This document shows, in pieces, positions 30,167-39,000 of a DNA stretch of 64,000 nt. Within the stretch, counting starts at the first letter, position 1, and the number at the start of each line of letters is the position of its first letter. Source of the stretch: Vulcanimicrobiota bacterium (GTDB lineage Bacteria; Vulcanimicrobiota; Vulcanimicrobiia; Vulcanimicrobiales; Vulcanimicrobiaceae); contig CAWETW010000003.1 in the NCBI GenBank assembly GCA_963812155.1, forward strand, positions 736,001-800,000. The letters run 5' to 3'. Both the position numbers and the translations under genes were made by a program. Under the pieces are notes generated by a model, which did not search any database, had not been told where the DNA came from, and saw only the letters and a list, made by a program, of their open reading frames with translations.

Positions 30167-31782
30167 AGCCGTCGCCGCTGCTCGACGCCGCCGCCGCGCT
30201 TGCGCTCGATGCAGAGTGGCTGAGCCGCGCCCTGATGCCTGCGAGCGAATACGGCCTGCGCCGTTTCTCGGAGTTGCGTCCGTTTGCGCCGGGCGAGGAA
30301 GAGGCCGCGCAGCGCCGCGCCACACGCGTCGCGGCCTATGCCGCGGCGCTCGAACTCGAACGGCTCGAGGCGCTTCGCGCGCTCCTCGCCAGATTGCCGG
30401 ATGCGATCGCGACGTTCGCGCGCGCGGCCATGGGCGACATCCTCGACGATGCGGCACTTTTCGAGTTGCAACGATTCTGCGACGGCGCATCGAGCATCGA
30501 TCGGCTGCTCGGCGGCGCCGCCGACGCGATGCCGGCGTGTAACGCGGGCGTACGCGCGGTCAGCGAGGCGCTCGAGCCCGGCCGCGTTCGGGTTTCGAGT
30601 TTTTATCTCGCCGATGCGCTCGACGCGCGGCTGGCACCGGCACGCGCGCAGCTGCAGAGCGCGCAAGCGCAGTTCGACGCCGTGCGCGGCCGCGCGCTCG
30701 TCGCGGTGGCCGGAGCGCTCGGACGGGAAGACGTCGCAGGCGACGAGTTTATCGTGATGCGAGCGGATCTTGCCGGTGAGCTTCCGTCCGGCGTGCGCGT
30801 GCTGCGTGAAGCGCCGACGTACTTCTTGTGCGCGGTCGAACTCGACGACGCGTCGCTCGCGGCGCTGGAGCGCCGCGACGAAGCTGCCGCCGCGGTCGCT
30901 GCGATCGAAGAAGAAACGCGCGCGCGGCTTTCGGGCGTCGTTGGCGCTTCGGCGGCGCCATTGCGTGCTGCGGCCGAAATGCTCGGCGACGTTGACGTAA
31001 TGGTCGCGGCGGCGCGATTCACGCGCATTCACGAATGCACCGTCGCGCGGATCGTGCCGGAAGCGTCGCTCGCGTTCGAAGGCGGGCGTTTTCTGCCGCT
31101 GGCGGCGGACCTCGGCGCGGAAGGCCGGGTCTTTACGCCGATCGACGTCGAGTTGCGGGGCGTCGCCGTACTCACCGGCCCGAACATGGGTGGCAAAAGC
31201 GTTTGCCTGCGAACGTGCGGATTCGTCGCGCTCTGCGCGGCGTTCGGTCTGCCGGTACCGGCGCTGCGCGCAAAAAGCGGACTCTTCGACGACATCGCGT
31301 GGCTCGGCGTCGGCACGCGCGACGATCGGCCGGGCGGACTACTCTCCACGTTTGCACGCGAGGTGGTGCGGCTGCGCGACGTTCTCGCGCGCGGTTCGGA
31401 ACGCGTCCTCGTGCTCGCGGACGAATTCGCGCGCACGACGACGCCCGTCGAGGGGAAAGCTCTGCTCGTCGCGCTGTTGCGGCGCTTGCGCGATCGCGGC
31501 GCGTGCGCGCTGGCGGCAACGCATTTGTCGGGCGTCGCCTCCGCCGCCGGGGCGCGCCATTTCGCGGTGCGAGGGCTGCGCGGCATTCCGCAGCCGCCCG
31601 CGGAAGGGGACCTGCATCAGGCGCTGGCGCGGCTGGCGGCGTCGATGGACTACACGATCGGCGAAGTGCGAACCGACGACGCGGCGACGGCGGATGCGCT
31701 GGCTTTGGCGTCCTTGCTGGGGCTCGACGCTGAAATCGTGGCCGACGCGCGGCGCCTTCTCGGGTCGGAACGCGCCCCGTAG
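30163..31782 (+). CDS. kamC: KamC-like MutS-domain-V ATPase (aminomutase reactivase)
   Basis: GPNMGGKS, LSTF..E, DEFARTT and ATH motifs; no mismatch-binding domain; GTGA overlap with kamB. Confidence 0.7.
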   Translation: MKPSPLLDAAAALALDAEWLSRALMPASEYGLRRFSELRPFAPGEEEAAQRRATRVAAYAAALELERLEALRALLARLPDAIATFARAAMGDILDDAALFELQRFCDGASSIDRLLGGAADAMPACNAGVRAVSEALEPGRVRVSSFYLADALDARLAPARAQLQSAQAQFDAVRGRALVAVAGALGREDVAGDEFIVMRADLAGELPSGVRVLREAPTYFLCAVELDDASLAALERRDEAAAAVAAIEEETRARLSGVVGASAAPLRAAAEMLGDVDVMVAAARFTRIHECTVARIVPEASLAFEGGRFLPLAADLGAEGRVFTPIDVELRGVAVLTGPNMGGKSVCLRTCGFVALCAAFGLPVPALRAKSGLFDDIAWLGVGTRDDRPGGLLSTFAREVVRLRDVLARGSERVLVLADEFARTTTPVEGKALLVALLRRLRDRGACALAATHLSGVASAAGARHFAVRGLRGIPQPPAEGDLHQALARLAASMDYTIGEVRTDDAATADALALASLLGLDAEIVADARRLLGSERAP

Positions 31783-31817
31783 AGTAACGCGGCTCGCCGC
31801 GAGCGAAGCGTGCGCCG

Positions 31818-32642
31818 ATGGAGCCGCTGATCGTTACCTGCGCGCCGGTCGGAGCCGAGGTTACGCTCGACCAAACGCCCCATTTGCCGCACACCCCGCA
31901 GCGGCTCGGCGAAACGGCACGCGCCGTCGAAGAAGCCGGCGGATCGATCCTCCACGTGCATTGCCGCAACGACGACGGCACGAATACGCACGGCATCGAC
32001 CGATTTCGCGCAGCCTACGAAGAGATTCGGGCGCAGAGTAATCTCATCGTCCAGTTCTCCACCGGCGGCGCGATCGGCATGACGCCGGACGAGCGCGCCA
32101 GCGTGCTGGAGTTGCGTCCCGAAATGGCGACGCTGACGTGCGGCACCGTCAATTTCGGCGACGACGTCTTCGAAAACAGCTTCCCTATTATGCGCGGCAT
32201 CTTGGCGAAGATGAATGAGTTCGGCGTGCGGCCGGAACTCGAAATCTTCGACAAAGGCCATCTCGCCAACGCGCGCCGCCTCGCGCGCGAAGGGCTGCTC
32301 ACCTTTCCGCAGCACGTCGATTTCGTGCTCGGCGTTCCCGGAGCGCTCGAGGCCACCGTTGCCAACCTGTGCGACCTCGTCGCCGGCGTTCCGGACGGAT
32401 GCACGTGGTCGGTTGCAGGCATCGGCCGCGGTCAGCTCCCGATGGCGATGGCGGCGATCGCGATGGGCGGCCACGTCCGCGTCGGTCTCGAGGACAACCT
32501 GTATTACAGCAAAGGCAAGCTCGCGCGCAACGAGGAGCTGGTGGCCCGGGTAACGCGAATCGCCCGCGAGGCCGGCCGCCCCGTCGCAACGCCGGACCAA
32601 GCGCGTGAGATTCTCGGCTTGCGCGCCCGCGCCGCAGCATGA
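31818..32642 (+). CDS. kce: 3-keto-5-aminohexanoate cleavage enzyme (BKACE/DUF849)
   Basis: HVH, STGG, GTVNFG and RVGLEDN motifs. Confidence 0.88.
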   Translation: MEPLIVTCAPVGAEVTLDQTPHLPHTPQRLGETARAVEEAGGSILHVHCRNDDGTNTHGIDRFRAAYEEIRAQSNLIVQFSTGGAIGMTPDERASVLELRPEMATLTCGTVNFGDDVFENSFPIMRGILAKMNEFGVRPELEIFDKGHLANARRLAREGLLTFPQHVDFVLGVPGALEATVANLCDLVAGVPDGCTWSVAGIGRGQLPMAMAAIAMGGHVRVGLEDNLYYSKGKLARNEELVARVTRIAREAGRPVATPDQAREILGLRARAAA

Positions 32643-32715
32643 AGGATGGCATCGCGCAGGCAGGCGCGAACGGTGGCTCCGCGCGGGATGACATAGGCTA
32701 GGGAGGATGCGTTAG

Positions 32716-33690
32716 CTGTTTACGTACGTCGTCCGAAGGATTCTGCAGTCGATTCCGCTGCTGCTGCTGATCTCGGTCATCCTCTACGCGATCCTCTACA
32801 ACATGCCGGGCGGTCCTCTCGCGCCCTATCTCAGCAATCCGCACATCACGCCGGCCGACATCGCGCGCTTGAAACACAACCTCGGCATGGACCAACCCGT
32901 TCCGCTGCAGTATCTGAAGTGGCTCGGACACGTCCTCACCGGCGACATGGGCTATTCGACGAGCAACTCCGAGCCGGTCTTTCAAGCCATCGTCGAGCGC
33001 ATACCGGCGACGCTGGAGCTGATGTTGACGTCGTTCATCCTTTCGGTGTTCATCGGCGTCGCAGCCGGCATCATCTCGGCGGTGTGGCGGTACTCGCTCG
33101 TCGACTACTTCATCACGACGCTGGCGTTCTTCGGGCAATCGATGCCGGTGTTCTGGTTTGCACTGATGATGCAGCTGGCGTTTGCCGTTCACGGCATTCC
33201 GCTGCCCTTCGGTTATCAGATTCAACTGCCGTCGGCCGGCATCTCGGCGAGCGATACGTTCGATCTGGGGGATCGCATCGCGCACTTGATCTTACCGACG
33301 ATCGTTTTGTCGCTGCTCTCGCTGGCGCTGTACAGCCGCTTCATGCGTTCCTCGCTGCTCGAGGTGCTCGGAACCGACTACATTCGCACGGCGGCCGCGA
33401 AGGGCTTGAATTTCCGCACCATCCTCTTCAAGCACGGCTTGAAGAACGCGCTCATTCCGGTCGTGACGATTCTCGCGCTGTCGCTGCCCGGAGTTCTCGC
33501 CGGGGCGATCATCACCGAAACGATCTTCGCATGGCCGGGAACGGGGCGGCTCTTCATCAACGCGTTGAACCAGAGCGACATGTCGCTGCTGATGGGCTAT
33601 CTGCTCATGGTCGCGGTGCTGGTCGTGTTCTGCAACTTGCTCGCCGACGTCGTTTACGCGTGGCTCGATCCGCGCGTGAAGTACGACTGA
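32716..33690 (+). CDS. Peptide ABC permease DppB/OppB (probable CTG start)
   Basis: (M)FTYVVRRILQSIP N-terminus; DYIRTAAAKGL, ETIFAWPG and DPR motifs. Confidence 0.9.
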   Translation: MFTYVVRRILQSIPLLLLISVILYAILYNMPGGPLAPYLSNPHITPADIARLKHNLGMDQPVPLQYLKWLGHVLTGDMGYSTSNSEPVFQAIVERIPATLELMLTSFILSVFIGVAAGIISAVWRYSLVDYFITTLAFFGQSMPVFWFALMMQLAFAVHGIPLPFGYQIQLPSAGISASDTFDLGDRIAHLILPTIVLSLLSLALYSRFMRSSLLEVLGTDYIRTAAAKGLNFRTILFKHGLKNALIPVVTILALSLPGVLAGAIITETIFAWPGTGRLFINALNQSDMSLLMGYLLMVAVLVVFCNLLADVVYAWLDPRVKYD

Positions 33691-33709
33691 ACCCTAGGAT
33701 AAACGCTGC

Positions 33710-34660
33710 ATGGCCGCCACGATTCCGATTCAGCCCGCCGCCGTCGACGACGACCTTCACGTTACGAAGGTCACGTTCTGGACGCGTCTGCGCCGGCACA
33801 AACTCGCGATCGCCGGTCTGGTCGTGCTGGTCGTGATGGTGTCGGCGGCGATCTTCGCCAAGCAGTTGGCTCCGTTCGATCCGAATCTCATCGACAACGG
33901 TACGACCGCGCAGCCGCACTGGAACGGGACGCCGCTCCCTCCGTGTTTTCAAAACGCGGCGCAGTGCTGGGGCCATCCGCTCGGCACCGACGAAGTCGGC
34001 CGCGACCTGCTCTCGCGCTTGCTCTTCGGCGCGCGAATCTCGCTCATGGTCGGCCTCTTCGCGGTGCTGATGGAGGTGATCATCGGAACCACGCTGGGAG
34101 CAATCTCAGGCTATTACGGCGGCTGGGTCGACTGGCTCATCATGCGGGTTACCGACGTCTTTCTTTCGATTCCGCTGCTGCCGCTGCTGCTGGTGCTCAC
34201 CGCGATCGTGGCGGCAAGTTCTTCGAAGGCCGCGCTGAACTTCAGCGTAATCGTCCTGATCATCGGCGCGCTCTCGTGGATGAGCGTTGCTCGTCTCGTG
34301 CGTGCGTCGTTCCTCAGCCTGCGCGAGCGGGAGTTCGCCGAGGCCGCGAGAGCCGTGGGCAACCGGGACGGACGGATTATCTTTCGGCATTTGCTGCCCA
34401 ACGCGGTCGCCCCGATCGTCGTTCAGGCGACGCTCGACGTTGCCGGCGTCATCGTGCTGGAGTCGACGCTCTCGTTTCTGGGGTTCGGAATTCAGCCGCC
34501 GACCGCGTCGTGGGGCAACATGCTTTCGAACTCCCAGTCGAATCTCCAGACCGCCTGGTGGGCGGCCGTCTTCCCGGGCCTCTGTATCCTGGCGACCGTC
34601 CTCGCGATCAACTATATTGGGGACGGCCTGCGCGATGCGCTCGACCCGAATATGCGCTAG
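33710..34660 (+). CDS. Peptide ABC permease DppC/OppC, copy 1
   Basis: HPLGTD..GRD, EAARAVG and GDGLRDALDP motifs. Confidence 0.92.
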   Translation: MAATIPIQPAAVDDDLHVTKVTFWTRLRRHKLAIAGLVVLVVMVSAAIFAKQLAPFDPNLIDNGTTAQPHWNGTPLPPCFQNAAQCWGHPLGTDEVGRDLLSRLLFGARISLMVGLFAVLMEVIIGTTLGAISGYYGGWVDWLIMRVTDVFLSIPLLPLLLVLTAIVAASSSKAALNFSVIVLIIGALSWMSVARLVRASFLSLREREFAEAARAVGNRDGRIIFRHLLPNAVAPIVVQATLDVAGVIVLESTLSFLGFGIQPPTASWGNMLSNSQSNLQTAWWAAVFPGLCILATVLAINYIGDGLRDALDPNMR

Positions 34661-34735
34661 ACGCTCGACTGCTGAGCGTTCGAGCGAGTCCGTCACCGGC
34701 GACAAGCCGAGCGACCGTGTCGGGCAGGCGCATAG

Positions 34736-35686
34736 ATGGCCGCCGCGCGTTCAACTCAGCCCGTGACTTCCGACGAGGATCCGCACCTTACAAAGGTGAG
34801 GTTTTGGTCGCGCTTGCGCCGGCACAAGCTCGCCGTCGCCGGGCTGGCCGTGCTGATCGTGATGGTATCGGCGGCGATCTTCGCCAAGCAACTGGCTCCG
34901 TTCGATCCCAACCTCATCGACAACGGTACGAACGTTCAGCCGCACTGGAACGGAACGCCGCTCCCGCCGTGCTTTCTGAACGGCGCGCAGTGCTGGGGCC
35001 ATCCACTGGGTACCGACGAAGCCGGACGCGACCTGCTCTCGCGATTGCTCTTCGGCGCCCGAATTTCTATGATGGTCGGCCTCTTCGCGGTGCTCGTGGA
35101 GATGGTTATCGGAACCACGTTGGGCAGCATCTCCGGCTACTACGGCGGCTGGATCGATTGGATCATCATGCGGGTTACCGACGTCTTTCTTTCGACTCCG
35201 GTGCTGCCGCTGTTGCTCGTCCTGACGGCCGTCGTCGCCGCCGGTTCCACGAAGGCGGCGCTGAATTTCGGGGTGATCGTCCTTATCATCGGCGGGTTCT
35301 CATGGATGAGCGCCGCTCGTCTCGTGCGCGCGTCGTTCCTCAGCCTGCGCGAGCGGGAGTTCGTCGAGGCGGCGCGCGCTGTCGGCAATAGCGACGTTCG
35401 CATCATCTTTCGGCACGTGCTGCCCAACGCGACCGCTCCGATCGTCGTCCAGGCGACGCTGGACGTCGCCGGCGTCATCGTGCTCGAGTCGACGCTGTCG
35501 TTTCTGGGCTTCGGCATTCAGCCGCCGACGGCGTCGTGGGGCAGCATGCTGTCGGACGCCCGGTCGAGCCTGCAGACCGCCTGGTGGGCGGCGTTCTTCC
35601 CAGGCCTGTGCATCCTGGCGACCGTCCTCGCCATCAACTACATCGGGGATGGTCTGCGCGACGCGCTTGACCCCAATATGCGCTAG
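34736..35686 (+). CDS. Peptide ABC permease DppC/OppC, copy 2 (tandem paralog)
   Basis: Same length (316 aa) and colinear with copy 1. Confidence 0.92.
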   Translation: MAAARSTQPVTSDEDPHLTKVRFWSRLRRHKLAVAGLAVLIVMVSAAIFAKQLAPFDPNLIDNGTNVQPHWNGTPLPPCFLNGAQCWGHPLGTDEAGRDLLSRLLFGARISMMVGLFAVLVEMVIGTTLGSISGYYGGWIDWIIMRVTDVFLSTPVLPLLLVLTAVVAAGSTKAALNFGVIVLIIGGFSWMSAARLVRASFLSLREREFVEAARAVGNSDVRIIFRHVLPNATAPIVVQATLDVAGVIVLESTLSFLGFGIQPPTASWGSMLSDARSSLQTAWWAAFFPGLCILATVLAINYIGDGLRDALDPNMR

Positions 35687-35729
35687 ACGATAGACTCCTT
35701 AGGGTCCCGAACGGGCCCGGCCCGCGGCT

Positions 35730-35813
35730 GCGCAAGTGGCGGAATTGGTAGACGCACTAGCTTGAGGGGCTAGCGGGAGCAATCTCGTGCAGGTTCAAGT
35801 CCTGTCTTGCGCA
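35730..35813 (+). tRNA. tRNA-Leu (GAG), CCA not encoded
   Basis: Acceptor GCGCAAG/CTTGCGC, anticodon arm CTAGC-TTGAGGG-GCTAG, long variable arm, GCAGG-TTCAAGT-CCTGT T arm. Confidence 0.96.
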
Positions 35814-35952
35814 TGTAGGGTCGGCGAGCACGAGATTGCTCCCGCAGCGGAGCGCAAGCGGAGCGGTCTTCAAACGGGAGGGGTCCCCGGCCGCGTCAGC
35901 GGCTGGGGAAAAGCAATCTCGTGCAGGTTCAAGTCCTGTCTTGCGCATGTAG
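35778..35952. repeat. 41-bp perfect direct repeat of the tRNA 3' part (35778-35818 and 35912-35952), with an 18-bp inverted copy at 35828-35845
   Basis: AGCAATCTCGTGCAGGTTCAAGTCCTGTCTTGCGCATGTAG occurs twice; GCACGAGATTGCTCCCGC is the reverse complement of 35773-35790. Confidence 0.95.
35852..35947 (+). ncRNA. tRNA-like module (acceptor stem, variable stem, T arm; no anticodon arm)
   Basis: GCGCAAG pairs with CTTGCGC-A; CGGGA/TCTCG stem encloses a 10-bp GC hairpin; intact T arm. Confidence 0.4.
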
Positions 35953-36050
35953 CCCGGTCCGCATAGGCGGTTGGGCGGGGTTGAAACAGTGGCACCCTCC
36001 GGCCCGTATGGCTAGTCAGATATGGTGCCGTTGACGAGGTTATCTACAAC

Positions 36051-39000
36051 GTGTGGCTGACGCGCTTTGCCATTTCCCGCCCGGTAGTCACCGCGATGGT
36101 CTTCGTCGCGCTGGCGTTTTTCGGGATCGTCGCCTTTGAGAAACTCGGGCGCAGCAACGATCCGCCGGGCACGGCCTTCCCGATCGTCGTCATCTTTGCG
36201 AACTATCCCGGCGCCTCTCCGCAAGAGATGGAACGCCTGATCGTCAAGCCGATCGAAGATCAACTGGCCGACGTCGACAACCTCGACCAGCTGACGGCGA
36301 CCGCGCAGGAAGGCGCGGCCTCGGTCGGCGTGCAGTTCAAGCTCGGGACGGATCTCAATCTCGCGGCGATCAACGTGCAGAGCGCCGTCGACACGGCGCG
36401 CGTCTACTTGCCCACCGATCTCGACCCGCCGCAGGTCTTTAAGAACGGCGCGTCCGAGCCGTTGCTCGACGTCGCCGTCAGCTCGAAGTCGATGTCGCCG
36501 ACGGCTCTGGCAGATCTCGTGACGAACCGCATCCAGCCGCTGCTCAAGGCAATTCCGAACGTTCAGACGGTCGACGTCTACGGCGCGTCGGCCCGCGAGT
36601 TCCACGTCGAACCGATTCCGCCGCAACTGCTCGGCAGCGGGGCAACGCTGCGCGAAGTCTTCAGCGCGGTCGCCGCCAACAACGCGAACTTGCCCGGCGG
36701 CGTCCTGCGGCAGCCGACACAAGAAACCAGCGTCTCGGTCCACGCCGAGATCAACTCGGCCCAAGACCTGCTCAACATTCCGCTGCCCGTTCCGGGAATG
36801 TCGATGCGTGCGCTCAAGGTCGGCGACGTGGCGAAAGCCTACGACAGTCACGTCGAGCCGACGTCGATTTCGCACTACAACGGACTGCCGCGCCTCTACG
36901 TTGAGATCGACCGAGACATCAACTCCGACGAAATCAAAGCGACGGAGACCGCGCGCCAGCAGATCAAGCAGATCGAGGCGCAGTTCCCCGAGCTGAGCTT
37001 CAGCGAAATCGACGCGCCGGCCGATTACACGCAACGGTCGCTCAACGGCGTCTGGCAGTCGCTCTTCGAAGGCGTCATCCTGACGATGATCGTCATGATG
37101 CTCTTCCTGCATCTATGGCGTAACGCGGTCGTCGTGATGGTTTCGATTCCGACCTCGATCCTGTCGACGTTCGTCTTGATGAACGCGTTCGGATTCCATC
37201 TCGACACGATGTCGCTGATGGGACTCTCGCTCATCATCGGAATCTTGGTCGACGACTCAATCGTCGTCCTCGAGAACATCACGCGCCATCGCGATTTGGG
37301 AGAAGGGCCGATCGACGCGGCAATCAACGGGCGCAGTGAAATCGGCGGCGCGGCGGTCGCCATCACGATGGTCGACGTCGTCGTCTTCCTGCCGATTGCG
37401 TTCATGCCCGGCTTGGTTGGGATGTACCTCAAAGAATTCGGTGCCGTCATCGTCATCGCGACGCTATTCTCGCTCTTCGTCTCGTTCACGCTCACGCCGC
37501 TGCTGGCGGCGCGATGGAGCGTTCGCGAACGTTCGCCGGGCCGCCCGAAGTGGCTCGATGCGCTACGCTCGTGGAAGATCATGGGCGCGATGCTGGCCGG
37601 CGCCGTGGTCGCCTACTTCATCCCCTGGCGCGTGATCGGTCTGCCCAAAGAGCTAAATCTCGTCATTCCGGTCATGGTCGTCGCCGTGCTGCTGCTCAAC
37701 GCTTTCGTTCAAAACTACGACCGCATCCTCGAGTGGTACAAAACGCGCGCGCTGGGTTTCGCGCTCGATCACGGGCTCTTCGTGGTCTTCGTCTGCGCGG
37801 TGCTCGTCATCAACGCGATGACGCTCGTCGCCGGCGCCGGCATGGCGACGGTGATCGTCGACGCGTTGATACTGATCCTCACCGGCATTTGGCACGGCAT
37901 CGGCATGCTCGTGCGCGCACGCGTGCCGCGCGAACGGCTCGAACTGCGACGCACGCGCCTCCCGCGCACGCAGTCGCCGATCCAACGCACCCGCGCGGCT
38001 ATCGGCGACCTTTGCAGAAACTCGCTGCGACTCGTCGGCCAATGGTTTTACGCAACCGGACGCGACCGCAAACTCACAGTCGTGACCTTCGCATTCCCGG
38101 TCGCGCTGGCGATCGTACTGCCGGCGCTCGGCGGCATCGATTTCGATTTCGTTCCGGCAGTGCAAGACGGCTCGATTTCGATGACCGTGACGTATCCGCC
38201 GGGAACGCCGCTGCTCGTGACCGAGAAGTTCGTGAGCCAGTTGGAGCTGGCGATTTTGAAAGTCGACGGCATTCAATCGGTGAGTTCGACGGTGGGTCGC
38301 AAGCCCGAAGGCTGGGGCACGGCAATTGGTTCGAACTACGCTCGCCTGAACGCACAGACGACGCCCGACCGAACCAAAGACACCTACAAAATCATCGCAA
38401 AGATTCGTAAGTTCAACTACTTGGTTCCGGGTGGAGAATTCCAAGTCGCCGGCGAGAGCGGCAGCGGCTCCGGCACGCCGATCTTCTACGCGCTCTCCGG
38501 CCCCGAAGACGCAATCGGCCCCGCCGCCGAGAAGGTCGCGCAGTTCTTGCGCGATACGCCGGGCAGCGTTAACGTGCAGACCAGCAACGAAATGGCTTCG
38601 CCTCGTCTAAACGTCAACGTCGACGCGCAAAAGTCGGAAGTCTTGGGCGTCGCACCCGCCGATGCGGCCGCCGTGGCGCGCTTCGCCGTCGACGGCGCGG
38701 TCGCGACGAAAGTGCGAACCGACAACGGCTTGGTCGACGTCCGCGTGCAGTTTCCGGCGTCGTATCGTTCGACGGTCGACGATCTCAAGGCGGTGCGCGT
38801 GCGCGCGCAAGACGGAACGATCGTTCCGCTTTCCGACGTCGCGGATTTCGTCTGGACGAAGGCGCCGGTGCAGATTCAGCGGCTCAACCGTCAGCGCGTG
38901 GTCAACGTCTACGGCGGCGTGCTGCCGGGGTACTCGCTCGGCGGCGTCACGGGTCCGCTCGAGAAAAAGCTGCACGCGCCCGGATTCCTGCCCGAAGGCG

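Noticed and set aside
30163..31782. MutS/MutS2 DNA repair or defence gene
   Set aside because: Only the ATPase domain is present, with no mismatch-binding or Smr domain; context fits KamC
32707..32715. TAG readthrough or pyrrolysine in dppB
   Set aside because: No pyl genes seen, the ATG abuts the SD, and TAG is used as a normal stop throughout the window
35778..35952. CRISPR array
   Set aside because: Only two repeats, both tRNA-derived, and no cas genes
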